From Paramoeba atlantica (taxonomy: Eukaryota; Protista; Discosea): a stretch of 64,000 nucleotides of DNA. The position numbers were made by a program, and so were the translations under genes. The stretch lies in contig CDRNVI010000040.1 in the NCBI GenBank assembly GCA_977017575.1, positions 620,001-684,000 on the forward strand, written 5' to 3'. Each line of letters opens with the position of its first letter. Position 1 is the stretch's first letter. Positions 1 through 11,170 of this stretch are shown here, one piece after another. The notes under the pieces are model-generated. The model was not told where the DNA came from, made no database searches, and saw only the letters and a list, made by a program, of their open reading frames with translations.

Positions 1-450
1 ATTTTGATAGTTTGGGACCTACACTAGCCTTCTCCGCAGTTGTTTTCGCAAGGTATCCCTTCTTCGAACCGTGGTGCGCCCCTCAAAATGACCCATTTTT
101 GACTAAAAAAGGTGAAAAAGTATTTTTCGGACCTAAAGGGGCATTTTAGTGTCGAAAGAATGGTATGGTTGGAGTCGCATTCTCTACCCAATACGTTTGG
201 TAGGCTTCCATTCATGCCTACGAGTGATTTCCCACGCGCAAATGTCGGATTTAGTGCTCTGACAGCAAAAATACGCGAAAATCACCCCGAAATTCGGCTA
301 TTTTTGGCTATAATCTTTCCGTTTTCCAGGCTAAATTTTCTTTTTTAGGCTCTTCTTTAAACGCGGCGGTAGTTTTCAACGCGAAGCGCGCAGCATGAGT
401 GACTTCTAAGTTGAAAACAACCACCGCGTTTAACGAAGAGCCTAAAAAAG
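1..450 (+). mobile_element. Non-autonomous Helitron2/Helentron-like element (family A), 3' part; 5' part lies before the window
   Basis: Reverse-complement match to 17446-17895 and 21074-21530. Ends in a ~105-bp fold-back (TTTTTAGGCTCTTC...GAAGAGCCTAAAAA) containing the 3' asymmetric IR ACAACCACCGC. Confidence 0.7.
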
Positions 451-614
451 AATTGCGGTCAATGTGCAGTAAATATTGTTAATAAGTACTTTGACGGTAG
501 ATATTAAATTTTAATATCTATTTGATCTTTATTTGTTTATTTTATCTATTTAATCTTAATAAACTTTTTCTTAATAAATGTTAGTTCGTCAACGGTATTT
601 TATGTACTTGTAAA

Positions 615-3023
615 ATGGTGCAGATCGATGCAGGCGATCTGGGTGAGGAAAAAGAAATCATGCATTCATCTTGCAAGCTTACAACAGAAAGCTCATGTCT
701 AAATGAATCACTTTTAGACTCGGAAGATGATTTCGTACTAAAAGAATGCGACAATGCTCTAAGTGATGTTCAACCAGATAATCCTGTTCTTGTGTCTGAG
801 GCACCAACACTAGCTAAGGAGACGTATGCAGAATTGCAAGATTTGCTTCATAAGACAAGTTTATTTTCAGATTTTGTATCTTCGCAAACGGGACGGTGGC
901 GAGAAACCTTGCTATCCCGAGATAACAGGGTTGGAAGAGGTGAACATTTTGGTGATGGTAAAATAGATCAACTCGATAATGTGCAACAACCGCGTCTTTT
1001 GAGTGGAGGAAAAATACATGCATACCAATTGTATGCTGTACAGTGGCTAATGTCGCTTTATCTTAATGGAATGAATGGAATTCTTGCGGATGAAATGGGT
1101 TTGGGCAAAACCATTACACTCATTGCATATCTTTCAGAATTATGGGATCATGGAATTCACGGTCCTCATCTCATCGTTGTTCCCAAGACTACGCTTACGA
1201 ACTGGGTAAACGAGTTTGAAAAATGGGCTCCGTCTCTCCGCGTTGTGTGCTACACTGGTCATAAGGAGCCACGGAGACGCATCCGGAAATATCTTCGCTC
1301 AAAGACCACAAAATTTTCTAATGAAATTTCTCGTGGATTTATTCTTTTGACAAGCTACTCATTGATCCTACATGACAAAAGTTTCTTTCAGCGATATCAA
1401 TGGTCCGTGCTTAGCGTCGACGAAGCTCACCGATTAAAGCGTTTTGATTGTTTGCTTATTCGAGAATTACGAGACTTGAAAACTGAAAATCGTGTCCTTC
1501 TAACGGGAACGCCGTTGCAAAACAAGCTATCTGAGCTTTGGTCCATTCTTAATTTCGTAATGCCCGAAGTTTTTCCGACTCTTCAGAAGTTTGGTGAATG
1601 GTTTATGGTGGACAATTTAGAAGATTATTCAGAGGACAAGGTATATGCAACAGTTTTACATAGTACACAACAGCGCGAGGCAATGACACGCATGCATCAT
1701 ATACTAAAACCCTTCGTGCTGAGGCGTTTGAAGTCTCAGCTAGGTATTTCGTTACCTCCTAAGACAGAGTTAGTTTTGAGGTGTCCCTTCACCACATTTC
1801 AAGAAGCATGTTACCGCGCAGTGGCCAGGAGAGGTGATTCTTTACGTGGGAAAGCAGGTAAACTCGGTTCCATGCCATCTCCGAAAGGTGGCAATTTGAG
1901 TAGCATGTCGAAAATTCGGTCATGTTCTCTGGAATCTCTCAACAATACACTTGTTCATTTGCGAAAGGTATGCGCTCACCCTTTTCTTTTTCCTTCTTTT
2001 GTTCAAGAGGCCAATAAGATGCAGATTGGTGGGATGATAGTGGAACATTTTAACCCAAGGAGGAGTACGATGAATAACCTCAAGAAAATGTGGACATTAG
2101 ACTCCATGTTTCAGACCTGTGGAAAACTTCAAGTGTTTCACGAAATAGTATGCCACTTACGCAAGGAAAATCACAAAGTAGTAGTTTTTTCGCAACTTAC
2201 TAGCGTACTCGACGTTCTCTGTAAGTACTATGAGCTGACACAAAGCCTTTCATCTGTTTTACGCCTAGATGGCAGAACGAGTTTGGAGCAACGTTCTCTA
2301 GCAATATCCAAATTCCAGACGGATGCTTGCTTTTCAACCATATTGATTAGTACTCGCGCAGGAGGTGTTGGAATTAATTTACAAGCAGCAGATACAGTAA
2401 TACTATATGACAGTGACTTCAATCCGCAGAACGATATGCAGGCGATCGACCGCTGCCACCGCATCGGACAAAAAAATCACGTTGTGGTATATCGTCTTAT
2501 CATGGAAGATAGCGTAGAAGAGTACATTATCGCTCGTGGGGAGCAAAAGTTGCGTCGAAATGGTTTAATCCTAGACGCGGGAAGACTGCAACCAAATTTG
2601 AGCAAGACACGGAAGACTTCATCATCTGAAGAAAACGTTGGTGAGGTAGATGCCAACGATATAACTCTATCGTTGGGAGCCCGCGCTTCACAAATAGTAA
2701 GTCGCAGCGAGAGTCAAACAATTGATCAGACTTTCCCAACGAAGTCGTCTTCATTTGAGGATTCTAGAACAGTTACTGATCCGCATTACTCTCGAGATGA
2801 ACTCCAGGACATTCTACATCGTCGAATTGGTGATCACATTGCTCATCTAGGTGCGGAAGATTTCTTGGAAGATTCGTCTCCTGTTCAAAAACCTTTGAAG
2901 TCTAGTCAGCTTGGAAATAATGTTCCGCCTTCGAAAAATGCGAATATACAAAGTAGTGTAGCAACACCAAAATGGAAATCAGCTTTGCATAATATTCTGA
3001 ATGAAAGTAGAAAGGCTGGCTAG
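615..3023 (+). CDS. SNF2-family chromatin remodelling ATPase, Lsh/HELLS/DDM1-like
   Basis: GILADEMGLGKT, DEAH, LLTGTPLQNKLSELWS, HILKPFVLRRLK, STRAGGVGINL, QAIDRCHRIGQ. No ISWI HAND/SANT/SLIDE tail or chromodomains visible; DEAHRLK..CLLIREL..L.TENR resembles the Lsh subfamily. Confidence 0.9.
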   Translation: MVQIDAGDLGEEKEIMHSSCKLTTESSCLNESLLDSEDDFVLKECDNALSDVQPDNPVLVSEAPTLAKETYAELQDLLHKTSLFSDFVSSQTGRWRETLLSRDNRVGRGEHFGDGKIDQLDNVQQPRLLSGGKIHAYQLYAVQWLMSLYLNGMNGILADEMGLGKTITLIAYLSELWDHGIHGPHLIVVPKTTLTNWVNEFEKWAPSLRVVCYTGHKEPRRRIRKYLRSKTTKFSNEISRGFILLTSYSLILHDKSFFQRYQWSVLSVDEAHRLKRFDCLLIRELRDLKTENRVLLTGTPLQNKLSELWSILNFVMPEVFPTLQKFGEWFMVDNLEDYSEDKVYATVLHSTQQREAMTRMHHILKPFVLRRLKSQLGISLPPKTELVLRCPFTTFQEACYRAVARRGDSLRGKAGKLGSMPSPKGGNLSSMSKIRSCSLESLNNTLVHLRKVCAHPFLFPSFVQEANKMQIGGMIVEHFNPRRSTMNNLKKMWTLDSMFQTCGKLQVFHEIVCHLRKENHKVVVFSQLTSVLDVLCKYYELTQSLSSVLRLDGRTSLEQRSLAISKFQTDACFSTILISTRAGGVGINLQAADTVILYDSDFNPQNDMQAIDRCHRIGQKNHVVVYRLIMEDSVEEYIIARGEQKLRRNGLILDAGRLQPNLSKTRKTSSSEENVGEVDANDITLSLGARASQIVSRSESQTIDQTFPTKSSSFEDSRTVTDPHYSRDELQDILHRRIGDHIAHLGAEDFLEDSSPVQKPLKSSQLGNNVPPSKNANIQSSVATPKWKSALHNILNESRKAG

Positions 3024-3075
3024 TATCCCTTCTTACATCTACAAGTGTATCTCTTTGCTCTGCTATTGTCAAGTA

Positions 3076-3375
3076 CCGTATACCCCCCCCCAGTAAGAGA
3101 GATTTGGCCCTTTTGGGGCTGACCCCCAGTAAGAGAGATTTTTCTCGGGAGCCCCACAGGGGGCGTATAGGGGGTAGGGGGTGGGTGTCTGCATGTTGGG
3201 GGCCTCGGGGGTAACCCGAAAAAGCGTTTTAACACGTTTTCAGAAGAAAAAATATAAAAAATAGTCAAAAAAGTTGGGAGAAAAGAGTAAACTGGCCAAA
3301 AAAGCATACCCCCCCAGTAAGAGAGATTTGGCCATTTCGACCCAAAACCCATTCTCTTACTGGGGGGGTATACGG
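3076..3375. mobile_element. Tc1/mariner (Tc2-like CCGTA end) MITE
   Basis: TIR CCGTATACCCCCCC(CC)AGTAAGAGA / TCTCTTACTGGGGGGGTATACGG, TA on both sides (3074-75, 3376-77); internal repeats of CCCCAGTAAGAGAGATTT x3. Confidence 0.85.
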
Positions 3376-3399
3376 TAGTGACAATCTATTTTATAATAG

Positions 3400-3783
3400 C
3401 GAAATATTTTGAGCACAAAGAGTAGAACCTATTTAGAACATACCCAGAGGATCATGCAGATCCTCCCCTAGAAATGTTGGAACTTTGGGAACGCGCCCAA
3501 AAAGCGTGGCAGACCTTCCTCCGAGTGCATGTCTTCCTCTTGTCCGCAACATGCCCCGTCGTTTAAGGGCAGTAATTAGGGCGAAGGGGGGACTTACGAA
3601 GTATTAAGTTTTGGTCATTTTGGTTTGGTAAGGGTGAAGTAAGACAAAGTTTTGGTCAAAAAAAATAATCTCAAAAAAGTGTTCAAGTGTTGGGCTCGCA
3701 TTATATCTTTCATAGTTTTTTATAGTAATATCGTTGATGAAGTCTACGTGGGAATGTAAGCACTACTCCAGCCTACACTACTG
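3400..3783 (+). pseudogene. Tc1 transposase C-terminal remnant plus probable right end
   Basis: PPLEMLELWERAQKAW, then a 1-nt frameshift, then DLPPSACLPLVRNMPRRLRAVIRAKGGLTKY* (TAA 3605-3607), the classical Tc1 tail (MPRR..AVI.AKGG.TKY). Ends ...CTACTG|TA at 3783. Confidence 0.8.
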
Positions 3784-3996
3784 TAATATACTACTGCATT
3801 ATCCTCTGCATCTCTTTTGTAAAATATTAAAACATTAAAATTTGTGAAAACTTTTGAACACTTTCGTTAGTTACTGTAAGCATAGAAGAACGCAAACTAC
3901 TTTTAAACATGCAACTTGTATATTTTAAAGTCAAAATGCATAATTTTTTCTAAGCACACGTATTTTAAAGCGTGATGTCGTAATGTATTTATCGAG

Positions 3997-4341
3997 ATGC
4001 GAGAGAACACCTCTTGGGAACTTTTTTGGAATGTTTGGGCGAGTGTAACAGGTTACAGCGTTGCTATTTGCTCAATAATTTATCTTGTGTTTGGGATCTT
4101 ATCTACGCGCCAGAGGATTCCAGAAGACGCGAGATGGGCTTCATTACCGTTGCTATATGCTGCGTGGGGAGCAATCTTTTCTTTCCTTGGTGTGAGCGTT
4201 ATTGCTGCCGCCATTGGCACAGCCTACGTTGCACTCCACGAAACTATGACTATCATAGAGCTCTCCGTATACGTGAGTAGCTTTGTTATTACATTTCTCT
4301 ATTTTGGTTCAGGCGATATTCCTGTGTTATACGCTATGTAG
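3997..4341 (+). CDS. Small multi-pass membrane protein, possibly TMEM170-like
   Basis: 114 aa with three hydrophobic segments; layout resembles TMEM170 (weak, by eye). Confidence 0.5.
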   Translation: MRENTSWELFWNVWASVTGYSVAICSIIYLVFGILSTRQRIPEDARWASLPLLYAAWGAIFSFLGVSVIAAAIGTAYVALHETMTIIELSVYVSSFVITFLYFGSGDIPVLYAM

Positions 4342-4711
4342 AACGATCTTCTGTGGCAGATCGATTGCATAAAATTGAATCGCACATCCCGGCTTCTCAA
4401 CATTTCCTACTGCGTAGTAGACTCAAGCGTTTTCCTTCCTCCATATCGATAGTAAAACTATTGTTGAGATGAATCAAGTATTGTCAACCCTTTTAAGTGG
4501 CGCTGAGCTAATTATAATATTATTCATACTTTTTTCACATCATATTCATTCTTTAGCTATAAACTTGATCATTCTTTTACAGTGTAAAACAATCTTAATC
4601 ATTGGTTACAGTTAAAAATAGAATCATTTGAATAATGAATTTGTATTCTCTAAAAGAGTTTTTATCTAAGTTTCCCTAAAAGAAATTATTTTATCTAAGT
4701 GGTCGTCTTTA

Positions 4712-7561
4712 ATGGTCCTTTCTGAATATTCTTTGAGGAGTGTTTGTGGCACTGTCTACTCTAAGGGAAATATATTATTTAATCAGCTGGGGACTTCACT
4801 TTTTACAGCTGCGGGCAACCGTATTGTACGTCACAACCTCGCCTCTGAAGAATGTCTTACATACTCTTGGTCAACGTATCACGATATTCAATGCTTCGAT
4901 ATTTCGTCGGACCAAATTCTTCTATTTTGTGTCGACGAAAAAGGTATAGGAATGTTTGCCAATCTTTTCGCCGATGTTGCTTTAGAGACTATCATGCTTC
5001 CACGAGAGACCACTTGTGTAAAATTTTCTCATGGGACGGTTGAGACATATATTTCCAGTAATCAGACTAATCAAAGTGATAGCTCAAGGAGTCTTCAAGA
5101 AGACCTTCTTGTTGTGGTAGCCTCTCCGAATGAGATACAAATTCTTAGCACCCCACAAGGAGGAATACTACATTACAAATCCATCAAGATTCTCACCCGA
5201 TATCGCAATGTCATCAGTGGGGAGATCAATGCTCTACGATGGGCGCAGGATAACTCTCACGTACTCTGTGCCGGCGCTGACAGCACAGTGCGTCTGCTTC
5301 CAACATTAAAAGTGTGGAATACTCAAACACATCGAACCGTTGCGACGACGCTCGCTGGACCTCGCGCAGGTGTTGTCGGGGCCTTTTTTACTACCACAGA
5401 CTCAACACAAATACTAGCTATCAGTCGTGAGCGTCAAATTACAATGTGGCGGTTGAATGAGGAAATTTCTGCCAACGAGAAGCTACACTGGCATCACGGC
5501 GCTCAGTTAGAAATTGAAGCACGCACAAAGGCTGTTTTTGAAACAGAAGAACGTATGGATAACGATAAGGAAATTGTTGACCACGAGAGCAAAAATAAGG
5601 ATGAAGACGTGGCCGAGGAGATATTGGATAGTCAGTTTTATAAACAAGATACTGATTTGCGTGACCGTATGCTTTTTCTGTCTTCTCATACCTGGGACGA
5701 AGAGAAGCGTGAGCAACTTGCAGGTTCCGGCAAGGTTGGGTGTGCTGATTTTAATATAAGTCAAGGTATTCTTGTTTGTGGTTTTACGGAAGGAACCTTT
5801 GCGGTATGTGTCACAAAGCCTGAATTTGCTATACTACACACTCTTTCCGCAACTGCACAACAAATCACCGGGATAATATTAAGCCCTTCGGGAAACTGGA
5901 TTGCTCTTGCCAGCTCGCGTCTTCACCAGCTTCTGGTATGGGAGTGGAAAACAGAGACTCATATTTGGCGTCATCAATCTCACTACAGTGACATTGATTG
6001 TGTATGCTACAACAGTGATGGCACTTTGCTAGTGACCGGTGGGGAAGACGGGAAGATCAAGGTATGGCGCTCCGACTCAGGTCAATGCGTGGGAACGTTT
6101 CCTGCACACCATGGGGCGGTGCTTGGGCTTGTCGCGAACACGGCCAACGCGGTGTACAGTGCTTCCCGAGACGGTACGTTACGTGGATTTGATCTTCACC
6201 GACTGAAGGAGTTCCGAACGTTGACACCCCCACGTCGTTCTCAACTTTCTTGCCTCGCGCTCGATCCCAGTGGGGAGCTCTTGGCGGCCGGCACAATGGA
6301 TACGGGGCATATCTACCTCTGGGCTACTCAGACGGGTCGTTTTCTGGATGAGTTTACTGGACATACGGCATACTGCGCCCACATAGCCTTTCACCCGAAA
6401 GGGACGTTCATGGCATCCGTAAGTTGGGACAAAAGCGTGCGGATGTACGACCTTTTTGGCGTCGATGAGAGCTCGGGAGAACGCATACGAGGGAGTGTAG
6501 AAAGTCTGACATTAAGCAGTGAGGGTATGTGTGTGCAATACAGTCCTGATGGAAATTACCTTGTAACATTGGACTACGACAGTAATATGGTTACGTACGA
6601 TTTAAAGGAGGAGCTTGCTGTAGTGCATTCATGGAATGTCCGGTTGGACACTCAAGGAGGGTACGTAAGCACGACCCCGAATCCAAAGTCGACAAACAGC
6701 AAGAGGCCATTTACAACTTTCCAATACAGTCCTCGGGGCGACACGCTTCTTGTTGCTGGGGAATGTAAGTGGGTTTGTCTATACTCTTCCCATGGTGGTT
6801 ATCTTTTACGCAAGTGGTCTGTGTCCGATAATCGCTCTTTGGAAGGTCACTTTGAGACTTACGACTGGAGGAAGAACCTTCCCGGGGTATCTGTAAATGA
6901 ACTGGACGACGAAGACAGCGACGCGGAGGATAGATACCGGAAACTACTAAAACTTCCCGGAGTCAAGAAAGGGACAGTACACAGCGTGGGGAAGCGTTCT
7001 ACGCAGCGTGTTGCTAGAACTACCGCTTTGGCCTTTGCTCCGAACGGGAGGGAATGGGTTGCGTCCACCACAGCGGGGGTGCTTGTCTATGCTCTTCCTA
7101 AATTTGTAGCACCTCGTTTTCTGCCTCACCACCTGCGAAGGCATATTACTCCTAAGGATATTACAGAGCTATTAAGAAACGAGCCAAACTACGGCAACGC
7201 GCTTCTTCTTGCGTTGCAATTAGGGGAAGGAAATATCATACGTAAAGTGCTTTTACTAGTGCCATGCAGCGTTATCGAGATAATTGTCCCCACAATTCCT
7301 CAATCCTTGCTATGTGTTCTTCTGCAGCATGTGGCGGAATTATTGGAAAGTGATTCTAACTACGAACATAATCTAACATGGTGCATGAATATTCTTTATT
7401 ATCACGGTTCTACTTTTTTGGAACGTTCTAACAGAGAAACACAGCCTCATATTTCGCACATTTTTAAAGCACTCCGTCAAAAGAGTGACATATTTCGTAT
7501 TTCTGAAGAAAATAAGAACACGCTTCAATACTTGGTGTTAGCAGCGTCCATGGAATCGTAA
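4712..7561 (+). CDS. PWP2: Periodic tryptophan protein 2 (Utp1), SSU processome WD40 protein
   Basis: N-terminal CGTVYSKGN; QLLVWEW..E....HQSH; TGGEDGKIKVW; many WD40 repeats; Utp12-type C-terminus. Confidence 0.92.
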   Translation: MVLSEYSLRSVCGTVYSKGNILFNQLGTSLFTAAGNRIVRHNLASEECLTYSWSTYHDIQCFDISSDQILLFCVDEKGIGMFANLFADVALETIMLPRETTCVKFSHGTVETYISSNQTNQSDSSRSLQEDLLVVVASPNEIQILSTPQGGILHYKSIKILTRYRNVISGEINALRWAQDNSHVLCAGADSTVRLLPTLKVWNTQTHRTVATTLAGPRAGVVGAFFTTTDSTQILAISRERQITMWRLNEEISANEKLHWHHGAQLEIEARTKAVFETEERMDNDKEIVDHESKNKDEDVAEEILDSQFYKQDTDLRDRMLFLSSHTWDEEKREQLAGSGKVGCADFNISQGILVCGFTEGTFAVCVTKPEFAILHTLSATAQQITGIILSPSGNWIALASSRLHQLLVWEWKTETHIWRHQSHYSDIDCVCYNSDGTLLVTGGEDGKIKVWRSDSGQCVGTFPAHHGAVLGLVANTANAVYSASRDGTLRGFDLHRLKEFRTLTPPRRSQLSCLALDPSGELLAAGTMDTGHIYLWATQTGRFLDEFTGHTAYCAHIAFHPKGTFMASVSWDKSVRMYDLFGVDESSGERIRGSVESLTLSSEGMCVQYSPDGNYLVTLDYDSNMVTYDLKEELAVVHSWNVRLDTQGGYVSTTPNPKSTNSKRPFTTFQYSPRGDTLLVAGECKWVCLYSSHGGYLLRKWSVSDNRSLEGHFETYDWRKNLPGVSVNELDDEDSDAEDRYRKLLKLPGVKKGTVHSVGKRSTQRVARTTALAFAPNGREWVASTTAGVLVYALPKFVAPRFLPHHLRRHITPKDITELLRNEPNYGNALLLALQLGEGNIIRKVLLLVPCSVIEIIVPTIPQSLLCVLLQHVAELLESDSNYEHNLTWCMNILYYHGSTFLERSNRETQPHISHIFKALRQKSDIFRISEENKNTLQYLVLAASMES

Positions 7562-8039
7562 TCAAAATATACAAACATAATTTTACAAACATAAGAAATA
7601 ATTTTTCATCAAGGCTTAGAAGAGAGCGTACATTGTTCACAAGTGAGGGAATATTCCTTTCGATGATGCAACCTTGTTATTTCTTGACGAGATTTTTTTG
7701 GCTTAATCATGCTTGCGTAGTACAGTGATTTAGGGGAATATTGGCATGCTCGGCTTTGGGGTTCCTTGAATTATGAATAAATATTAATCCTTTGTTCTAT
7801 TATCACAGGGACGATGCTACTTTTGTAAGTTTTTACAAAGTTTTAAATCCCCATCAAATAACTCCTGTTTCTTACCAAACTAGCTATCACGGATACAACG
7901 TACAAGCATTAAATGAATGCAAACCACGTACTGATTTTTTCGTCAACCTTCATATCTCACCATCGCTGCCCCTTGGCACCTGTATCACAACTCATTTTCA
8001 TGATTCGTAATTTTATGCCCTTGAGGACCACTTTTGAGC

Positions 8040-10754
8040 ATGGAAGCATCTGAAAATTCAACACCACTTCCTAGCGTCGCACGTCTTGGCTCCTACATCC
8101 TGGACAATACTGTGGGCAGGGGTAGCTTCGGCAAGGTAAAGCTAGCTACTCATCTTCCTAGTGGTGAACAAGTCGCTATTAAAGTGATCAATAACGCAAA
8201 ATTTACGAATCACAAATCAATCCGTAAAATCAAGCGAGAGATAAAGATCCTTAAACTGTTCCAGCACCCTCACATTGTTCGGTTATACGAAGTGGTACCG
8301 ACTCAGAGCGATATCTTTCTTGTTCAGGAGTACGCCTCTGGTGGGGAACTTTATGATCATATTGTGAGTCACGGGAAATTCTCTGAGGCACAAGCACGCT
8401 ACTACTTTCAACAGCTCATAAGTGGGGTGGAATATTGCCATCATTTTCGCGTGGTTCACCGCGATTTAAAGCCTGAAAACTTACTCTTGGATGCTGCTGG
8501 TGATCTCAAACTTATAGACTTTGGGCTCTCTAATCTTATGCGGGATGGAGATTTTCTAGCCACGTCATGTGGTTCTCCGAACTACGCTGCTCCAGAAGTC
8601 ATCAGTGGAAAACTTTATGCAGGGCCCGAAGTGGACGTCTGGAGTTGTGGGATAATCCTTTTTGCTCTTCTGTGCGGCCACTTGCCCTTTGACGAGGAAT
8701 CGATCCCAGCCCTCTTCAACAAGATAAAGAAAGGAATCTTCACTGTACCAGGCTACGTTTCTCCAGCGGCCCACGACTTGCTTCTCTCAATGTTGCAAGT
8801 TGATCCTTTGAAACGATTAACAACTGTTCAGATTCGACAACACGCATGGTTCATCAAGAGTCTTCCCACATACCTCAATTGGGCTCCTCGACAGTGGGAA
8901 CGTCTCTACGAAGAGCTTGATATGACACTTGTACAACGCGTCGCAGAGGTGTTACGCATCTCCGTTGAACACGTAACCTACTGTCTCACAGATCGCATCG
9001 ATGGAGAAGTCTCCGTAACCTACTGCATCCTACGTGACCGACAACAGCAACAGAAACTCGCTACCTCACGTTCCCCACGTGAGTTTCCGACAATTAGCGC
9101 CACGGCCCGTGTCGAGCTTCGGGACACCGTCTCGGATCCCATTGCAATGAAACCTCCGATACGTACCGTCCCCCGTTCCTCCTCTCTTGCCTCTCTCGGG
9201 GGCGTAATCTCTCCTAAGGGAAAGGGAAAGACCTCCCCCTCCCCTGGACCCTCCAGCCTCTATCCCAGCACGTCCCCCGTGATGCACGCACTCTTAGGAA
9301 ACGCAAGCATGAAGAATCTCTACAACAACGCGCTTCCGGAAGCCATGGACAGTGTACCCCCGACACCCTCCAAAAGCAACCCCTCCACCGAGACCACAGC
9401 CTCACAGAGACCTCTCCAACCCGTCCAAGGGACAAAAGGTAAATCCGCCAACCCTCCCTCTCTCCACCTCGATGACACTCCCCCCATCCCTATCCCCCAA
9501 CACACTACCCTCCCCCACGACGCCGTAACCGAAACCTCCTCCACTCTCCCCATTACTACCCCTTTACCCTCCCCGTACTCCGCCACTACCACAACAACAA
9601 CAGCAACACCAACAACTACCCCTTCTCCTCAACCCCCAAGTGATTCTCCTTCTTCTTCTTCTTCTTCCCCCTCCTGCTCCCCTTCTCGTCTCCCTACCGC
9701 ACAACCCCCCGAGGGCACCAACACCCTCCCGGTCCCGCAGCCCCACCGGATTGGACGCGACCCCAACAACAGCAGCCACAACAACGACAACAGCAGCCAC
9801 AACAGCAGCAGCAGCAGCAGCAGCACACGACTCGCACCCCAACCCCCACCCCCCCGTACCCTCCCCCGTATGACCTTCTCGGTACAAGACGTGAAGAAGG
9901 CCTCCACGCTGTCCGCATCGTCGTCTTCCGCTCAACAACAACACAGTAGTAGTAGTGGCAGCAGTAGCAGCAGCCGTGCCCCTGTCACGCACGCCGCGGG
10001 GTCTACTCCCCCTTCTCAAGGCGTCGGCTACCCCCGTAGCGGCTCCTCCTCCTCCGGGAGTAGCTCCTCGTTCCACGTGGAAGGGGTCTTCCCCCCGGGG
10101 TCCGGGTTTGTCCACAGCTACCGTTGCGGGACCATCATGGGGGAGAGCGCCCAGCGCAGCGTGAGTGTGTCCGGGAGTGTGGCCCCGCTGGAGTCCCATT
10201 TCAGCCCCCAGGAGGTGTCGTTCCTGACCAAGTACCCGGTGGGGTGGCGACTGGGGTGTATGACGGACCTCGGTGCCGGGCAGGTGATGGGGGAGATCTA
10301 TGGCGTGCTGCGGGACCTGTCGATGGAGTGGCTGGTGAGGGGGAGTTTCTCGTTGCTGTGTCGCCCGTTGAGGGGGGAGGGGGAGGAGCAGGAGAGGTGG
10401 GGGGAGGAAGAGGGGGGGGAAACCGGGGAGGAGGGGATGGTGGCGACAGAGGGGAAATTTGCGGAGATGCGGGTGGGGAGTCGTGGGAATGGTTCCGAGG
10501 AGAACGTTGCGAAGACGCAGCGCTCCTCGAGTGACTCCATGGCTCACCTCTCGAGTCCGTTACTGGGCGAGGAGCACCCGACGAATGCGCAGATACCGCG
10601 GTTGGCGATCAAGATCACGCTGTACCGCTTACAGGATCGCCATGATTTGGGATACCTCATTGATCTGGCGTTGGTACCCAGTCAGGGCTCGGCGCTGGCA
10701 GCGATGAGACTGGCGACACAGATTTTATCATTGCTCGCTACACGGGTTGGATGA
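8040..10754 (+). CDS. SNF1: AMP-activated protein kinase alpha / SNF1 catalytic subunit
   Basis: GRGSFGKVK, HRDLKPEN, DFGLSN, TSCGSPNYAAPEVISGKLYAGPEVDVWSCG; UBA-like segment, long low-complexity linker, C-terminal KA1-like region. ATG taken at 8040. Confidence 0.95.
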   Translation: MEASENSTPLPSVARLGSYILDNTVGRGSFGKVKLATHLPSGEQVAIKVINNAKFTNHKSIRKIKREIKILKLFQHPHIVRLYEVVPTQSDIFLVQEYASGGELYDHIVSHGKFSEAQARYYFQQLISGVEYCHHFRVVHRDLKPENLLLDAAGDLKLIDFGLSNLMRDGDFLATSCGSPNYAAPEVISGKLYAGPEVDVWSCGIILFALLCGHLPFDEESIPALFNKIKKGIFTVPGYVSPAAHDLLLSMLQVDPLKRLTTVQIRQHAWFIKSLPTYLNWAPRQWERLYEELDMTLVQRVAEVLRISVEHVTYCLTDRIDGEVSVTYCILRDRQQQQKLATSRSPREFPTISATARVELRDTVSDPIAMKPPIRTVPRSSSLASLGGVISPKGKGKTSPSPGPSSLYPSTSPVMHALLGNASMKNLYNNALPEAMDSVPPTPSKSNPSTETTASQRPLQPVQGTKGKSANPPSLHLDDTPPIPIPQHTTLPHDAVTETSSTLPITTPLPSPYSATTTTTTATPTTTPSPQPPSDSPSSSSSSPSCSPSRLPTAQPPEGTNTLPVPQPHRIGRDPNNSSHNNDNSSHNSSSSSSSTRLAPQPPPPRTLPRMTFSVQDVKKASTLSASSSSAQQQHSSSSGSSSSSRAPVTHAAGSTPPSQGVGYPRSGSSSSGSSSSFHVEGVFPPGSGFVHSYRCGTIMGESAQRSVSVSGSVAPLESHFSPQEVSFLTKYPVGWRLGCMTDLGAGQVMGEIYGVLRDLSMEWLVRGSFSLLCRPLRGEGEEQERWGEEEGGETGEEGMVATEGKFAEMRVGSRGNGSEENVAKTQRSSSDSMAHLSSPLLGEEHPTNAQIPRLAIKITLYRLQDRHDLGYLIDLALVPSQGSALAAMRLATQILSLLATRVG
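9170..10500. other. Skew-inversion island 1 (C/A-rich to G/T-rich), inside the AMPK gene
   Basis: C-runs dominate ~9170-10070 and G-runs ~10230-10500; switch ~10100-10230. Confidence 0.85.
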
Positions 10755-11170
10755 CTGAGTTATTGAATAAGCATAGGCATGGCGTGCGGTGTCTTTTCTT
10801 TTGCTACAACTCTACTGTTTATAGTCATCAGGTTTTTGCACAGTTCCCTCATCGCGTGTTCTTTTTATAATTCAGTGGATTTATATAAGCCCTTGTGGGG
10901 AACTGGGGGATTCCTTTTTGTAAACGAGCTCATGAGTTTTCGATTACTACCGTTGCAACATGTTGTTTGCTCTATACTCCCGTAAAAAGTGTGTCATTGT
11001 AATACTTTCACAGCGCGCACTATACCATGTCACATTGATAAAGATAGTACATACATAAAAGCAATGTGAAATGGATTCTACCTACTTTACATACATACTT
11101 TTCTCATGATTTTTTAAACTGTAACTTATTACTCATAAAATCCTTAGTAATCCCCACACACCCACATTCC

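Noticed and set aside
9066-10707. Many overlapping or antisense ORFs in skew islands (also 34029-35026, 39965-40362, 45637-46958, 49119-50128)
   Set aside because: Stop-codon depletion in very GC-rich skewed DNA; low-complexity translations overlapping conserved genes.
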